From positions 127,472,001-127,536,000 of the forward strand of contig OX597819.1 of assembly GCA_951406725.2 (NCBI GenBank): a stretch of 64,000 nucleotides of DNA, read 5' to 3'. The stretch is from Octopus vulgaris. Taxonomy: Eukaryota. Below are positions 41,577 through 56,202 of this stretch, piece after piece (the stretch's first letter is position 1; every line of letters starts with the position of its first letter). Both the position numbers and the translations under genes were made by a program. The notes under the pieces are model-generated. The model was not told where the DNA came from, ran no database searches, and saw only the letters and a program-made list of their open reading frames with translations.

Positions 41577-42611
41577 TATATATACATATACATATATATA
41601 TATATGTGTGTGTATATATATATATATATGCATGTATAAAAACATAAACACATATTTATATGCATCTATGTATACAAACATATGTGTGTGTAGATACATA
41701 CACATACCTTCTTTATTTCCGTTTTAAATATTATTCTGTTCCACTTTATCCATTCCCTCTCTTTTTTCTTTATACATACATACCTACAAACAAACGTGAA
41801 TGCATACATACAAACATATGTATCTAAATAATTTACACGTTAGTGAATGATTTCAGTGTTTTTCTTCCGTTCTACTGCCCTACTCATAGAGGTAGGTAAA
41901 AATATCTATAAATACGCATCAAATAAGTGACAAAGAAGATATTCTGCAAAAGCTTTTGTTTCAAGTTCCTATTGAAATTCTTTAACATTTTCATAGTATT
42001 GTTTAAAATTCAAGAACAACATCACATTTCCTTTCCACTGAAGATGTGACTCAGATTCCCTAGTTTCTTCTCAGATCATGAATGAGATAATTGGTTTCAA
42101 ATTTCTGGCGCCAGGCCAGTAAGTTTGGGAGAGTGGCTAAGTCGATTATTTCGAATCCGGTGTTCAACCGGCACTTATTTTATTGACCCTGAAAGGATGA
42201 AAGTCAAAGTCGGCCACGGCGGAATTTGAACACAGTATGTAAAGATGGACGAAATGTCGCTAAACATTTTGACGTGCATACTAAGGGTTCTGCTAGCACG
42301 CCGCCGTTACGAATGAGATAATTATAACCCCGTTTACTTTCAAATTCTTGACTGTTGTGTTACATTCGCTTACAGAGTTATGAGGAAATATTTGGAATTC
42401 TTTGACAAAGAGATTAGAGAAAGATGAAGAAATATTTTGGATATTATTATTCTGAACAGTCATTTGACCATCGTACGTTCACGGTTTGTGTCGTGTATAA
42501 CCTCATGTAATTCATTTATAGTTAGGTGAATTAAACCAGAAGCGTACGTATGTATTCTTGCAGAGAATACGTATGTGTATAACTAACTCATTGGTACCTT
42601 TGCTTGTTTAA

Positions 42612-43033
42612 GGCGTCGAGCTGGCAGAATCGTTAGCACGCCGGGCGAAATGCGTAGCCGTATTTCGTCTGCCGCTACGTTCTGAGTTCAAATTCTGTCG
42701 AGATCGACTTTGCTTTTCATCCTATCGGGGTCGATAAATAAAGTACCAGTTACGCACTGGGGTCGATATAATCGACTTAATACGTTTATCTGTCCTTGTT
42801 TGTCCTCTCTGTGTTTAGCCCCTTGTGGGTAGTAAAGAAATTGGTATTTCGTCTTTCGTTAGTTCTGAGTTCAAATTCCGCCGAGGTCGACTTTGCCTTT
42901 CATCCTTTCGGGGCCGATAAATTAAGTACCAGTTACACACTGGGGTCGATGTAATCGTAATCGACTTAATCCGTTTGTCTGTCCTTGTTTGTTCCCTCTG
43001 TGTTTAGCCCCTTGTGGGTAATAAAGAAACAGG
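42612..43033 (+). mobile_element. SINE family B, tandem dimer
   Basis: Two bodies; TSD GGTACCTTTGCTTGT. An older minus-strand copy lies at about 42110-42306. Confidence 0.9.
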
Positions 43034-44007
43034 TACCTTTGCTTGTGAATCCTGTCAACAATGAAGCAGCGCGTCATAGCAATGAGCCTTAGCAATAAGT
43101 TACACAGAGAAAGTAAGAAAAGTCAACGCAAGTGGGTAAACAAAGTAAAGCCGAGACGCATACTACCGAATGGTACTAATGACTCGAATGCATCGTTGGG
43201 TTTGAAATAAGCGCTTGTTCTCATATCCCTTGCAATAACGAAGCAGCGTTTTGATATAATATCATGATATCACTTGGCAAAAATTTGAAAGTCATGATTG
43301 TAAAACAGTCATTGCCCTTGTAACGCAATATAGAATAGATATGCAAGCTACTTAAATCGAAAATAATACAGACATGAAATACAGAAAAAGATGGCACACG
43401 AATCGCGGACATTTCGGTCTTAAATTTATAACTTAATCTAGATATGTTAACTACCAGTTGTATGTTCTTAATATCGTTTGGTTCCTCATCATCCTGGATT
43501 CCAGTCCTGTCCATCTGCTCATAGTTTATATCTAAAACCACATTACCTCAGTTTCATTTAGTTCGTTTTAAGACAGCAGGACGCGTACTGAAGCATTTGG
43601 CTGCTATTTCTAGCATGTAGGGCAACACCATAGCGGGTCATATCTTGACACAAGCAAAATTATACTGGATTGCCAATACTTTCATTTCTTACAAAAAGAA
43701 AAAAAAGGAATCTCACTAATAATGAATCAATAATTTATAAATATAATCGTCGCATTTTATCGGATATTATTATGTTACCCTTCCATAATGGATCAATATT
43801 ACATTCTTTATATCATCTTTGAGCGATCGTGAAGGCAGGTAAATAAATATTTATGCTTGCCAATCATTTACAGTTTCTTATTATTATATAAATTCTATAT
43901 TTCTTTACCTATTTTTTCGGATTTAAATTATGTTTTTCCACTTTTATTTTAACGTCTCATTCCAACAGACACACGCATATATATACAAGTCCACGTACAT
44001 GCACAAC

Positions 44008-44051
<44 letters not shown>

Positions 44052-45137
44052 TATATTGTATGCATTTATGTATGTATATAAATATAAATGTGTGTATACT
44101 TACATAAATATGTGTGTCAGTATATTCTTCTTCGAACATTTGATGATTTGTGCATACACTGCTTTATTAGAATAAACTGTTTACGATGAATGAGAGACAA
44201 AAAAAATCAGACACACACAAATATAAATGAGAAAATGAATTACAAGATGGTTGAAGAAAGACAGGGTAAACGGCAAGAAAAAATAGAAATGAAAAGCGAG
44301 GAAAAAAATAAACACGGTAAATTGACATTATATATCTGCAGATAATAAACTCACTTCTTTGCACGTTTTTAATCGCGCTTAGTTTTGTATTCCAGTGTAT
44401 GAAATAATGCAGGAAAACTATTCATTTACCATTTATGCCTGACGTTTCGACAGAATATATACTACTAATTTCAGATTATACAGATACGGGACAAGATACT
44501 GTGAGTGATACATACATCAAAATAGCCTTTTATCTGCCCCCACCAAAAAAAAAAAAAAATGAAAACAAAAATAGCAATTGATCTCCAAAATATTTAAATG
44601 TCAGATCGGAGATCTTTATTAAATAACAATATTTCAACAAGTGTCACCCCAAATACTAGAGGATACCACCACATGAAGAAAGGGCTCAGCCCATTTAACA
44701 TTTGAAAGTTAGTTCAAAGAGAGACACATTTCATTTCTGTAGTTTGTAATAATATACAGTTTGATATTTTTACACCTATACATTTCTATAATCGTTTTCG
44801 TAAGGCAGAATAGATCGATACTTAACAACTTACCAAACAAAATCTCACTTTATTCATTTCCATTTTCAATTTCAACACACAAGTAGTCGTCCCATTTCGC
44901 TTTAGAGTTTGTAAGAATATCTTCTGATTTTGTCCAACAAACGTGCAATAGTTGATTTGAAACAAAAACTGAGAAAAGTTCCCCTTCCCCAGAAAACAGA
45001 GATGTTGAAGGGTAGAGAAGCATAGAGGAGTCTGGTGAACTAAATCGACTTGACATGTGTGTATGTATGTGTGTTTGTACATATATGTATGCGTATGTGT
45101 CTTCTGTGTGTGCGTACTTATATATATATATATATAT

Positions 45138-45546
45138 TACTCTTTTACTCTTTTACTTGTTTCAGTCATTTGACTGCGGCCATGCTGGAGCACCGCCTTT
45201 AGTCGAGCAAATCGACCCCGAGACTTATTCTTTGTAAGCCCAGTACTTATTCTATCGGTCTGTTTTGCCGAACCGCTAAGTAACGGGGACGTAAACACAC
45301 CACCATCGGTTGTCAAGCAATGCTAGGGGGACAAACACAGACACACAAACAAATACACACACACATATATATTTATACATATATACGACAGGCTTCTTTC
45401 AGTTTCCGTCTACCAAATCCACTCACAAGGCATTGGTCGGCCCGGGGCTATAGCAGAAGACACTTGTCCAAGATGTCACGCAGTGGGACTGAACCCGGAA
45501 CCATGTGGTTGGTTAGCAAGCTACTTACCACACAGCCACTCCTGCG
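45138..45546 (-). mobile_element. SINE family A
   Basis: Full-length match. Confidence 0.9.
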
Positions 45547-46040
45547 TATATATATATATAAAATGTAGCGAGTCTTGCAAGCATGAAGTGGATTCGATCC
45601 ATCATAGCCAAATTTAAATTAACAGTTCAACAGAACTTTTCTCACAGTGGAACAATGGTTTTTCTCTGACAGCAGTTTTACTTTTGCCAGATTGCCTTAG
45701 CTAGGCCGAAATAATGTCTTCACCACTTGACCCTTATAACATCTTCTACTTCACCAAAAGCTAGAATAGGGATATCACAGTACTACCAACGAAGTCCATT
45801 GTTCTCAACGATATGTTAATCCTCCTGGATAGTTATAAAAACAAGAACACGCAAGCAAAAGACAGTTAGTCACTTCGGGGACAACTCAGTGAGAACGAAG
45901 TCTGGCTGATCAGCTAGAACCTTGGTCAGAGGGAGAAATGAAGTTTACTGTCAGCAACAGTGAGACAACGTTCCACAACCCTACAACTCTCCATAGCTGT
46001 AATTTTGTTTTCTTACGACATTCTATCACTCTCTCTCTCC

Positions 46041-46085
<45 letters not shown>

Positions 46086-46147
46086 TACTACTAAACAATG
46101 AAGAGAACACAAACAACTTTACGTCGCATGCTTTTGGATTTATCACA

Positions 46148-46377
46148 CCTATTTCTTTACTACCCACAAGGGGCTAAACACAGAGGGAACAAACAAGGAC
46201 AGACAAACGAATTAAGTCGATTATATCGACCCCAGTGCGTAACTGGTACTTAATTTATCGATCCCGAAAGGATGAACGGCAAAGTCGACCTCGGCGGAAT
46301 TTGAACTCAGAACGTAACGACAGACGAAATACGGCTACGCATTTCGCCCGGCGCGCTAACGTTTCTGCCAGCTCGCC
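46148..46377 (-). mobile_element. SINE family B
   Basis: Full-length; TSD CTTTTGGATTTATCACA. Confidence 0.9.
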
Positions 46378-46567
46378 TTTTGGATTTATCACAGCCTGCC
46401 CGTCGAGGCAAGGTATTGTAACGTAACGGATAATAAATATTTCCTTAAAACTTCGTGCAGTGTTCATCTTTTACATCCACAACACGCCATTATAACAACA
46501 GATTTTTATCGTTACAACTGCTGACTCACACGTTTCATATTATTGTTTACTAATTAACATCTCCCGT

Positions 46568-46630
<63 letters not shown>

Positions 46631-46648
46631 TTGGTATGGTTTAGTATG

Positions 46649-46706
46649 TCTCATAGACAGCCTTTCGATTGGAGTAAGCATAAGCTTCCGTTTCATCAGC
46701 TTAAGA
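46649..46706 (-). ncRNA. Type I hammerhead ribozyme, stems partly decayed
   Basis: Minus strand: tcttaag CTGATGA aac-gga-agc-ttat-gct-tac-tcc-aatc GAAA ggctg TC tatgaga; abuts (TA)n. Confidence 0.55.
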
Positions 46707-49112
46707 TTTGAGAATCAGATAGAAGTAATTGGCATAACGTCCTGGAAACTGATATCATTTATAAATCTAAGGTACAGTTTAATTGTTAATTCCGATAAAC
46801 ATTTTAAAAGCCCAGTATTATATCTCATTTCGTAGTGTAATTACTCATATTAAGAACAAATGAAACCTTCAATACATTGAAATCTTTTCCATCAGTGTAT
46901 TAAGTACTAAACGCTTGGTTTAACAGCATTAATACATTTGATGTATTAAACGCGAAGCGTTCTGCAGCTAAATTTAATTTAAATTATTAGATATGACAAG
47001 ATGTCGAATTAGAAGATTTTGTATCTCTTGTTTCACTTGTAAAGATCTTAATGGCCATAAGACAGTCTCTCACCTCTCTATAATTCAGAAAACTTCGAAA
47101 TTCAATATACATTAAATCTTCACCGAAACATCATTAAATGAATGAAATTAAAGGTTAAATGAGAACTATAATCAACGATACTTCCTGTCGTGCTGAGTTA
47201 CAAATATTTTATTTTATGTTTATATTCCGGAGTTATAACGATAGTTTACAGATACTTAATAGATATTTAATAGATATCTAAGAAAGAAGATCATCTGAAA
47301 ATATAAGCAAGGAAAAAATAACTAGAGCTTTGATGATCATTACAATTAGGTGTTCAAGAGAACATCGTTGTAGGTTCTGAAGGATGACAACATTTACAAG
47401 TTTGTTTTTCTCCACTCCACCCCACAGACAAATTTACTAAGTGGAATTAGAAAATAAATTACTTCAGAAACAATTCATGGTTCTATAAAAGTGAAATACA
47501 TCGTACTAAAGTGAAAGTAAGATGAATGTTATTGAAGATTAAAGTATAATCAGCAGTATATTGAATATGTTATGTAAAGTATGCTTAAGAAATATATGTT
47601 TGTTTTTAGTTTGTGTATATATACATACATACATACACATACATACACAGACGTCTTTGATAAATAGATTTTACTCAGAGCAATATAACATTAATGCAGA
47701 CGTATGGCATATCATGAGTAACAGTTCAGCATTTGGAGCTGTAAAAATGATTACTTTTACTTAACAGTTTAATGTCTTTTGATGCTGTACGAATGGTTTT
47801 TTTCTCTTCTTCTTTGCGCTCAGACGTTGAGAATACACATAAATCATAATATTTAAAGGAATTGTCAAGAGATATTACGTTTTTAACTACTTTAGACACT
47901 GGAGTTAACGACTTGCGCCGCACTAAAGCAGAGTATAAGTTGAATTCAATGACTATTCTTCTTAAAATAAACAAGAAAATAAATTATATTTAAGAAAGAT
48001 AATGTTTTCTTAATCTTTTTAAGATACCCATTTAAAATAACTGATGCTTTAGTTGTCACCAAACGTATGTAAGCATCTTCAATTTTTTTCTGATACTTTT
48101 TTTGTCTGTCATCTTCACTGTTTCTCTGTATAAATCATCCATCGATGGTCGGTAAATATCATATCACAAATTACTTATTCTTCAGTCAGAAATAAATGAT
48201 GTTAAAAATGACATTTAGCATAATTCGCATCACATCTGTTTTACGATGATATCAGAGAGTCGTACTAGATCTTCCATCTCTCTGACAATTTTTTCTATTC
48301 ATTTTTTTTGCAAGTGAATTGAAGCGTCTAGATAGTTTTCACTTTTTTTCCCCGTTAGTTCTAAGCAAATTTCAAAGAGGTTTTAATTCGTCTTTTATGG
48401 GTGTACTTACTTTTATTGGATATGCATGTCGGCTGCGCAAAACACGCAATGGAACCCCTCAGAAAATTATTACATACTCTTGTTAACAACTTTTACTTTT
48501 TGCCGTAAATTTAACTACTGTATTTGAATAGATTTGTCTGGGTATCCGATGCGCGCACACGCGCACACTCAAACAAATAAGCATATATATATATATGAGC
48601 ATAACATGTATGTATACATACATGCCCGTGTGAATACATGTATACATGTATGCATATGTGGGGCTGTGTGCATTAATAAATAACAACTTTAACCGTTTTC
48701 AAATTACATGACAGAGTTCAGATGAAGTTATATACTTTTGAGAGGAAGCAGAGAAAGAAAAGTACATTCCAAATATCAGAGTTATGAAAATTAAAAGATG
48801 TTTGGGTGAAATTAGACAGAGACGATGTTAATATCGTTGTCCATGGTGATCGATGTGTAGTTAATATGATAGCTTTAGGTGGAATTGACTGCAGGTTGCT
48901 TGCACGCCGCATATGTTGAAAAATAAACAGTAACTAAGAACAGAAATAAAACCCGTTTTTGATATAACAGTATAGATAATTGCAAATGTTTAAGTGTGTC
49001 AACGAAATGAAAATGTTGTACAATACATGGTGTAAAGTATGATCTGATAGTTAAGCTGGATTCGTTTTGATGAGAGCAGAGTTACAGAAATATATATATA
49101 TATATATATACA

Positions 49113-49192
<80 letters not shown>

Positions 49193-49370
49193 TATATACA
49201 TACATACAAACATATATATATATTTATACATATAGTAGTAACAGAAAAGAGGAATTTCTATTATCCCCACGTGGTGAGTTGTAATGTATATAAGGCATTA
49301 AAAAAGGAAAATACGCACACTTACATAGTTTTAATATAATTTTTAATATATCGACCGGTTTTGCTCTCTT

Positions 49371-50066
49371 ATTGACGAGGGAATTAAACGTGCCAAACAA
49401 TTAGACACAAAAACACTAAGAACATAAAAACATAGCACCATACCTCAAACCAAAACATTACTTTTTATATCAACACACAACCACAGAAACAGTGAGGCAT
49501 TCAACACTATTGTGCAAACTCTCCCTTTACTAACTAGAGATCCAAAAATGAACGACATCCTGAAAACACACTAACTCATCAAATGCAAAAAACAAGACAA
49601 ATCGCTAAAGAGACTACTAACAAATGCGAAGCTTTACAAAACAACCACGAAACCAACGGTTGAAAAATGTGGTCGCCCAAACTATGGAACCTTCCCCAGC
49701 CTGCTTGAAGGCTCGGATTTCCTTTTCAAACAAGGACAGAGGTTCACAATTAAAACTAGTTTCACCTGTGCCCCTGAGAACCTAAGTTATGTAATAACCT
49801 GCTCGGGTTGCGGTCATCAGTACATTGGACAAACGAGTATGACCTTGAGAAAGAGAATCACTCTACATAAGGAGCAAATCCGTTTCCCGCAATACAGACA
49901 AATTCCTCTCAGTGAACATATAGAAAAATGTGCAGGTAACATCAAACCAAATTTCACAGTCTTCCTTTTCTACCAGTGCAAAGACGCAATCTCTCAACTA
50001 GAACATTTAAATAAAGAAACTTTTTTCATTGAAAAATACAAAACACGTCTTAATATGCACGTATAA
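49371..50066 (+). pseudogene. PLE RT thumb/linker + GIY-YIG endonuclease remnant
   Basis: Single frame with 2 stops: IDEGIKRAK...FISTHN...KSLKRLLTNAKL...KCGRPNYGTFP...FTCAPENLSYVITCSGCGHQYIGQTSMTLRKRITLHKEQI...SEHIEKC...KETFFIEKYKTRLN. Confidence 0.9.
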
Positions 50067-50356
50067 CCAACATTCATATTTTTACATATTTCAATTCACG
50101 ATTACATCACAGTACATAAATCCCCTACTAAACAAGGTTTTTAAAACCTGTCTCTGTTCTGTACACATATTTTATCCCCACCCATTACCGAAAGCTGAAC
50201 AGTTATCTCTCTTACACACAACAATAACAATAATAACAACCAATTACCTCCCTTTATTTATATACTTGTGAAGTCATTCACTCGTGAATTTTATCACACA
50301 CAACATGGACCAAATTTCTTCTTAAGAAAAAATATATATTCAAATAAGTAAAACAT

Positions 50357-50392
50357 AATATCATGAATAGCGATAGCGAAACCGGTCGATAT
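50357..50392 (+). ncRNA. Degenerate minimal hammerhead in the PLE pLTR
   Basis: atatc ATGAATA gc-gata-gc GAAA ccgg TC gatat; stems intact, two core substitutions. Confidence 0.65.
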
Positions 50393-50444
50393 ATTAAAAA
50401 TTATATTAAAACTATGTAAGTGTGCGTATTTTCTTTTTTAATTT

Positions 50445-50498
<54 letters not shown>

Positions 50499-50522
50499 AG
50501 AACAAAATGTACGTACGCCGCT

Positions 50523-50568
<46 letters not shown>

Positions 50569-50929
50569 CAAAAGGGGACAACAAAACATCCAGCTAGACG
50601 ATACAAAAAAAAACACTGACGGGTCATTCGAAGCCTTCTATCTTCAGTCGAGAACCGGATAATCCTCGCATTTCGGCTGATTAATCTTGAGATTGATCCA
50701 ATCTGGCCAGCCCCAAGGAAAAACTAAGCTAAGGGCATTAGATTCCTTGGAAAAAAGCATCGAATGTATACGAAACAAGGACGGAAAACAGACGATGTTA
50801 CACGAATATAAATACAAAAATACAATAAAAAACAAAAATAATGATAATAATAACAGGTATCTTTCGACTGGAGACGAATTGAATTTAGCTGGCGCGTATG
50901 GAAATGAAACCTTACGGCAGAGGGAAGAA

Positions 50930-51185
50930 AATCGATATGGCAAATTTTTGTATTTCCTTCCATGTGGTCATGTCTTCGGCAAGATTCTTCCATGAAGTTG
51001 GATTCATTACAAAATCAAGCTTTCAATGGTGCAGTCAGGGTATCTTTAATCCTTTTTACAAAATCTCTTCTTCCATTTGCAAATTCATTACAGAAGACCG
51101 CTTTTGATCGTCTTCAGTCACGTTTTCTGATAGGAATTCCCTCCCAATGTAGCTGAATTTTCTTCAGCTTTTCCTTTCGGGGCCC
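50930..51185 (-). mobile_element. RTE-clade LINE C-terminal remnant
   Basis: Minus translation LKKIQLHWEGIPIRKRD*RRSKAVFCNEFANGRR...KRIKDTL..PLKA, then frameshift PTSWKNLAEDMTTWK (cf. QLRWAGHV.RM...RLPK.VF.GEL..G.R...KR.KD.LK..LK...WE.LA.DR..WR). Confidence 0.7.
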
Positions 51186-51473
51186 CCAAAAATTTAGGAT
51201 CAAAATTTTAGGATCAATAGTTCTTTCTTCTCTCTCTCTCTCTCTTAGTCTTTCTTTCACCTATGCGTTCTCTCAGAATTTGCGATAGACGATAAGTTGG
51301 AGTCTTAAAAATTAATAAAAACATCGAGTGAAGGGATGAGGGATGGACACCACCATTGTACTCTCTCCAGAATATTCAATGACAAACATATAGCACTTCT
51401 CAAAGAAGTCCCCAAGTGGTGTCTTTCGTTCACTGGGTATATGTGACATCTTCAAAAACTGAGGCAAGATATA

Positions 51474-51800
51474 TTCTTTTATTCTTTTCCTGATTCAGTC
51501 ATTTGACTGCGATCATGCTGGAGCACCGCCTTAAAGCGTTTTAGTCGAACAAATCGATATCAGGACTTATTCGTTTTAAGCCTAGAACTTACTCTATCGG
51601 TCCCGTTGCTGAACCGCAAAGTTACGGGGGTCGTAAAACACATCAACATCGTGTGTCAAGTGACGGGGTTCTTTTAGTTTCCGTCTACCAAAACCACTCA
51701 TAAGGCTTTGGTCGGCCCGAGACTATAGTAGATGACGCTTGTCTAAGGTGCCACGCAGTAGGACTGAACCTGGAACCATGTGATTGGGAAGCAAGCTTTT
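51474..51800 (-). mobile_element. SINE family A (older variant)
   Basis: Matches family A body and tail. Confidence 0.8.
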
Positions 51801-52381
51801 TCCCTCAGAGTCACACACACACACACACATATACACAAACACACACACAGCACACACACACACGCACGCGCACACACACATACACACACATATATATACG
51901 CACGAGTAAGAGGACACTCGAAAGACATACTTAACATATTTATAAAGAGTTACCTATATCATTTTTTAAAACAGTAGGGTTCAGCCCATGCAACTGCTAG
52001 TTCCGTAGGCTCGTCACGGAAATCTACCTCATCGGGTTCATATATCCGAGAAAGCAGGTTCCTGCGACGGAGTACAAGACTTACGTTACGAGAACTAGAA
52101 TTTATTTCGATGAAGTTTAAATTTGAACCACGAGAAGCCGAAATTCAAATGTTTCATAGTCGACAAAATATGAAAAAAGTATCAAACGTATACATTCATC
52201 TTCAGCAGCCTAATAACTATCATCAGGGTTTCGTATCTTCGGCAGTACTATTCAATCGGGCAGTGTTTAAAACATAAAGGCGCCCTAGAAGTCGATAGAT
52301 ATGAAACAGGGGCCAAACATTACTGCAAAATGTAACATCATGTCTACACCTGCTAATTGTTACAAAAATAAATAAATAAAT

Positions 52382-52420
<39 letters not shown>

Positions 52421-52423
<3 letters not shown>

Positions 52424-53052
52424 GACTAGTGAGGAAAAATGGATCTTCTATCGAAAAGTTAAACGTCGTAAACAGTGGCTTTGTAAAAGGGAAAAAGCTC
52501 AACCACAACCGAGAATGGAACTTCGTAGGAAAAAGGTTCTTCTCACTATCTGGTGGGATTGCAAAGGAGTAACTCCCTTTGAATTGTTACCACCTAATGC
52601 AATAATCAATGCTTAAGTCTACTATCAGCAATTAGAGCGTTTGAACGAAGCTTTGAAGAAAAAAAGAACCACTTTAGCTAATCGAAAATGAGTGATGTTT
52701 CATCAGAACAATGCGCGACCCCACACTGCAAAGATCACATCACAGAAAATCGAAGAGCTTGGTTGGGAAAATATTTCTCATCCACCTTATTCTCATTGCT
52801 CCTTCAGACTACTATTTACTTCACAGTTTACAGAATCATTTGGTGGACATAACTTTCGCAAGCAAGGAGGAGGTCGAAACTGACATTTCAGAGTTCTTCG
52901 CTTTGAAACCAAAAGAGTTTTACATTGATGGGATTAAAAAGCTTGTAAATAGATGGAAGAAAGTCATAGATAATCAGGGAAGGTACATTGATGATTAAAT
53001 TTCAATTAAATATAACATCTGATCACTTGTTTTCTTTATTCAAAGTTCGGAC
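52421..53052 (+). pseudogene. mariner (DD34D) transposase relic, catalytic half
   Basis: VTSEEKWIFY...KKVLLTIWWDCKGV...FHQNNARPH...HPPYS / IAPSDYYL..SLQNHL...GIKKLVNRWKKVIDNQGRY; stops and a frameshift. Confidence 0.92.
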
Positions 53053-54336
53053 ATATATATATATACAACACAAGTAAGTGTGTGAGCGTAATATGTGCCT
53101 ACACATATGTGTATGGGTATGAATCTAAGCATGTGTGTATGTGTATGTGTCTACGGTGGTTCTTCAACTGCGGGTCATAAAAGTCGATTTAACCTCGTAT
53201 TCTTCAAGTGCTGCTTCCTTTGTCACACAAACAATTTATACGGGACTCTGCAGCTCTTCCTGGAGTTCTCTGGCAAATACAAAGATGTGTTTAAGAAAAG
53301 GAGAAACCGTTCTCGAAAAACTGAAACATAAATTACTTACAAGCCTGCAGAAAACGTTCAATTTCTAAGCCATGCTCATGTAACTAACTTCCAAGGGTAT
53401 CCTGTTAATCATTCCACCTGGGATACATATTTTCAATATCATTGTGTCTGTGTATCTTTCTGCTTTTCATCATTATTTCTTCTATCGTTCAGTCAAGCAC
53501 CCGAAATATTGGTACTATTAATGATATGACAAATATATTTTGGGGTTATTGTCTGGACTACTACATCTATTTTACCTTTTAATTTCGGAATTAATATTAA
53601 GCGTTCTCTGTATATTTGTTTAAGTACGTAAGAGTCTTTCCATAAAAGCGATGAACCTCCTCATTCGAACATTTCGTGATAAAACATGATTGTGACTAAT
53701 TATAGTTGAGCTTTTCATGTTTATGCCAAATATTTTCGCTGACCCTCTAAAACTGTAAAGTAAGTGAATTTTCTTTTCATGTAGAGCTAGTCATGTAGAA
53801 CTTACATTAAACAGCGACAGGTACGACCAATGGCCGATGTGTATGCAAACCAGTTAGAGAAGGACAAATATGCGCATTTAAATTAAATCTTGAGAATGAG
53901 AAATAAACTCTTGAATTGTAGATATTTAGGAACATTGCAGTACAAGTTTTTATTGGTATAATAAAAACTAAGATCTCCTATTTTGGAAAGCGGAATGGTA
54001 AATATTTAAACAAACGTATTAGTAATCATCTGCGGACACACTGACATATAAACACACACACACTCACATTTACACATATGTCGATGTGTTTAGTAGAATA
54101 CGGTAACTTCAGGAACATGTATATCGAATGAAACAGTGTGCCACAGATCGAAGAGAAGAAATGTAAAATATTGACAACCAATAAACGCCACTTTCCCTAT
54201 TGAAAATCTGCATGTTGTAGGAAGAAAGAAAGGCAGAAAGAAAGAAAGAATAAAGAAGGAAAGAAAGAACAAAAAGGAAGGAAACAAGAAAGAAAAATGG
54301 ATAGATAGATAGATAGATAGATAAAGAGAGAGAGAG

Positions 54337-54451
<115 letters not shown>

Positions 54452-55569
54452 GGAGATAAATAAAGAGAGAGAGAGAGAGAGAGATGGAAGTTAATGCTAG
54501 GGTCTTTGAAAGAGGCGGAGAAACCACTAAAGACAATGTGCTGTGTGAACGTTATTGTTCACCTCATCACTAACTTCCGCTGCTGATTACATCTGAAAAC
54601 CTTTTAGTGCTTTGTTATGTTTGGCTGGTGAGGCAAAAACAATGAGAACTCCTCTGAAACAGACGGAAGCAGTGGAATGCCAACATTTATGGTGTTTGGG
54701 AACAAATGTTGAGAGACGTCTTTGAGAAGAAAGAAATCATTTTAGAATAAACATGCATTCTTGGACGAAATATCAGAAAAGAAAGAAGGAAGAAGAAGAA
54801 GAAAAAAACCCAACAAATAATAATAATAATAACCTTAACATATCAAAATTGCAAAACAAATACAAATAGTAAAACAAGAAAAACAAGACAAAAAGAATTT
54901 ATTGAATAAAGACGTTCGATTCAAATAAATGTTTGTTGGAAGAATCTGTGATGTATTTTATGGAGAACCGAAGTGAAATAAAGGTGGATGGAATAGGAGG
55001 ATGCGAAGGAGGCAAGTCAACATAATGGGATTCTCTATCCATGGATCGGCTATCAAAGTTGCCTGCGATATTCGAACTTCGTTCAGTTAAATGCAAAAAA
55101 CCCAAAAAAAAAACAAATAAATAAAATTAACAATAATAATAATAATAATGATAATAATAATAATAATGCAAACTATATTAACCAATAAAAGAGGAACAAA
55201 AATCGATGTGAGATCAAGCTGCTGCGATTGTAATAGAAGGTGCAAGTGGGTGTAGCTAAGAGAGAAATGGTTAACTACGGCTGATGGATGTTAAAGTGTT
55301 TGTGCCGAACACAGCAGCTAATTTTACGGTTTCAGCTCTTTCGTAGGATGAATTCTTTAGGTATTTTTTTCTTTCTTTGTATTTTGTGTCTGTGAATGTG
55401 TGAGCCTGTGCATGTGTGTGTGTGTGTGTATGCGTGCGTGCATGCGTGTGTGTACACGTGAATATTACATCTCCAAATTCATTTCAATCCTTTGTGACGC
55501 CTGCTTTAATTTTATTTCTTTATTTTATTTATCTATTCTTCCCTCTTCTTCCTTTTCTCCTCTTCCTCT

Positions 55570-55670
55570 CCTTCATCATCATCATCATTATCATTATTAT
55601 TATTATTTATTATTTTCATTTTTATTTTTATTATCATTACTATTTATTATTATTATTATTATTATCATCG

Positions 55671-55737
<67 letters not shown>

Positions 55738-55793
55738 CATCATCATCATCATTATTATTATTATTATTATTATTATCAATATTATTATTATCA

Positions 55794-55872
<79 letters not shown>
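55570..55872. repeat. (ATT/ATC)n microsatellite
   Basis: Seen directly; representative of dozens of (TA), (TG), (TAGA), (GAA), (TAG) and (ATT) tracts in the window. Confidence 0.95.
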
Positions 55873-55873
<1 letters not shown>

Positions 55874-56202
55874 AGCATTGTTGTTTAGCTGTGAATACGC
55901 ACGTTTTGACAGAACTCTGTATGGAACATATTTTCTTCCTGGATTGCCTTGGAAAAAACTATTCCTTTCAATTTTTTTCTACTTTTTACCACAGGGTAGA
56001 TCTGAACGTCTACCCTATTACCCAGGAGTAGAAAAGCAGATTCGCCTTTCTGCATTTTTACCGTACAAATGAGGTAAACATCCACTTTGTTTCCTTTGTT
56101 AGTTGTCTAATATGGCCACCTCTGGAGCGCTGGCGAAAACGGCTTCTCCTCTAGCACACGGCCGGTCATAGCCTCACATGTATACTCAACAGTGAATACA
56201 CC

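Larger units (their letters stand above)
49240..50452 (+). mobile_element. Penelope-like element (Neptune-type), 5'-truncated with inverted pLTR
   Basis: Inverted arms 49287-49365 / 50375-50452 around a GIY-YIG coding remnant; hammerhead relic at 50357-50392; (TA)n flanks. Confidence 0.9.

Noticed and set aside
44425-44480. Hammerhead on the minus strand (GAAA cg TC aggc)
   Set aside because: No CUGANGA box or matching stem I found upstream.
46950-48400. AT-rich coding-like relic on the minus strand
   Set aside because: Frequent stops in all frames and no family motif recognised by eye; needs a translated search.
50610-50700. Hammerhead on the minus strand (CTGAAGA tagaaggcttc GAAT)
   Set aside because: GAAA is altered and stems I and III do not pair convincingly.
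51985-52240. Hammerhead-like boxes on the minus strand (CCGATGA ggtag...ctac GGAA; CTGATGA at about 52220)
   Set aside because: Stem III, the UH site and stem I cannot be closed consistently.
53130-53370. Possible host exon or transposase fragment
   Set aside because: No recognisable protein motif or convincing splice-site pair.
56110-56135. CTCF site (CCAGAGGTGGCCA on the minus strand)
   Set aside because: Only the AGGTGGC core matches; not distinguishable from chance.
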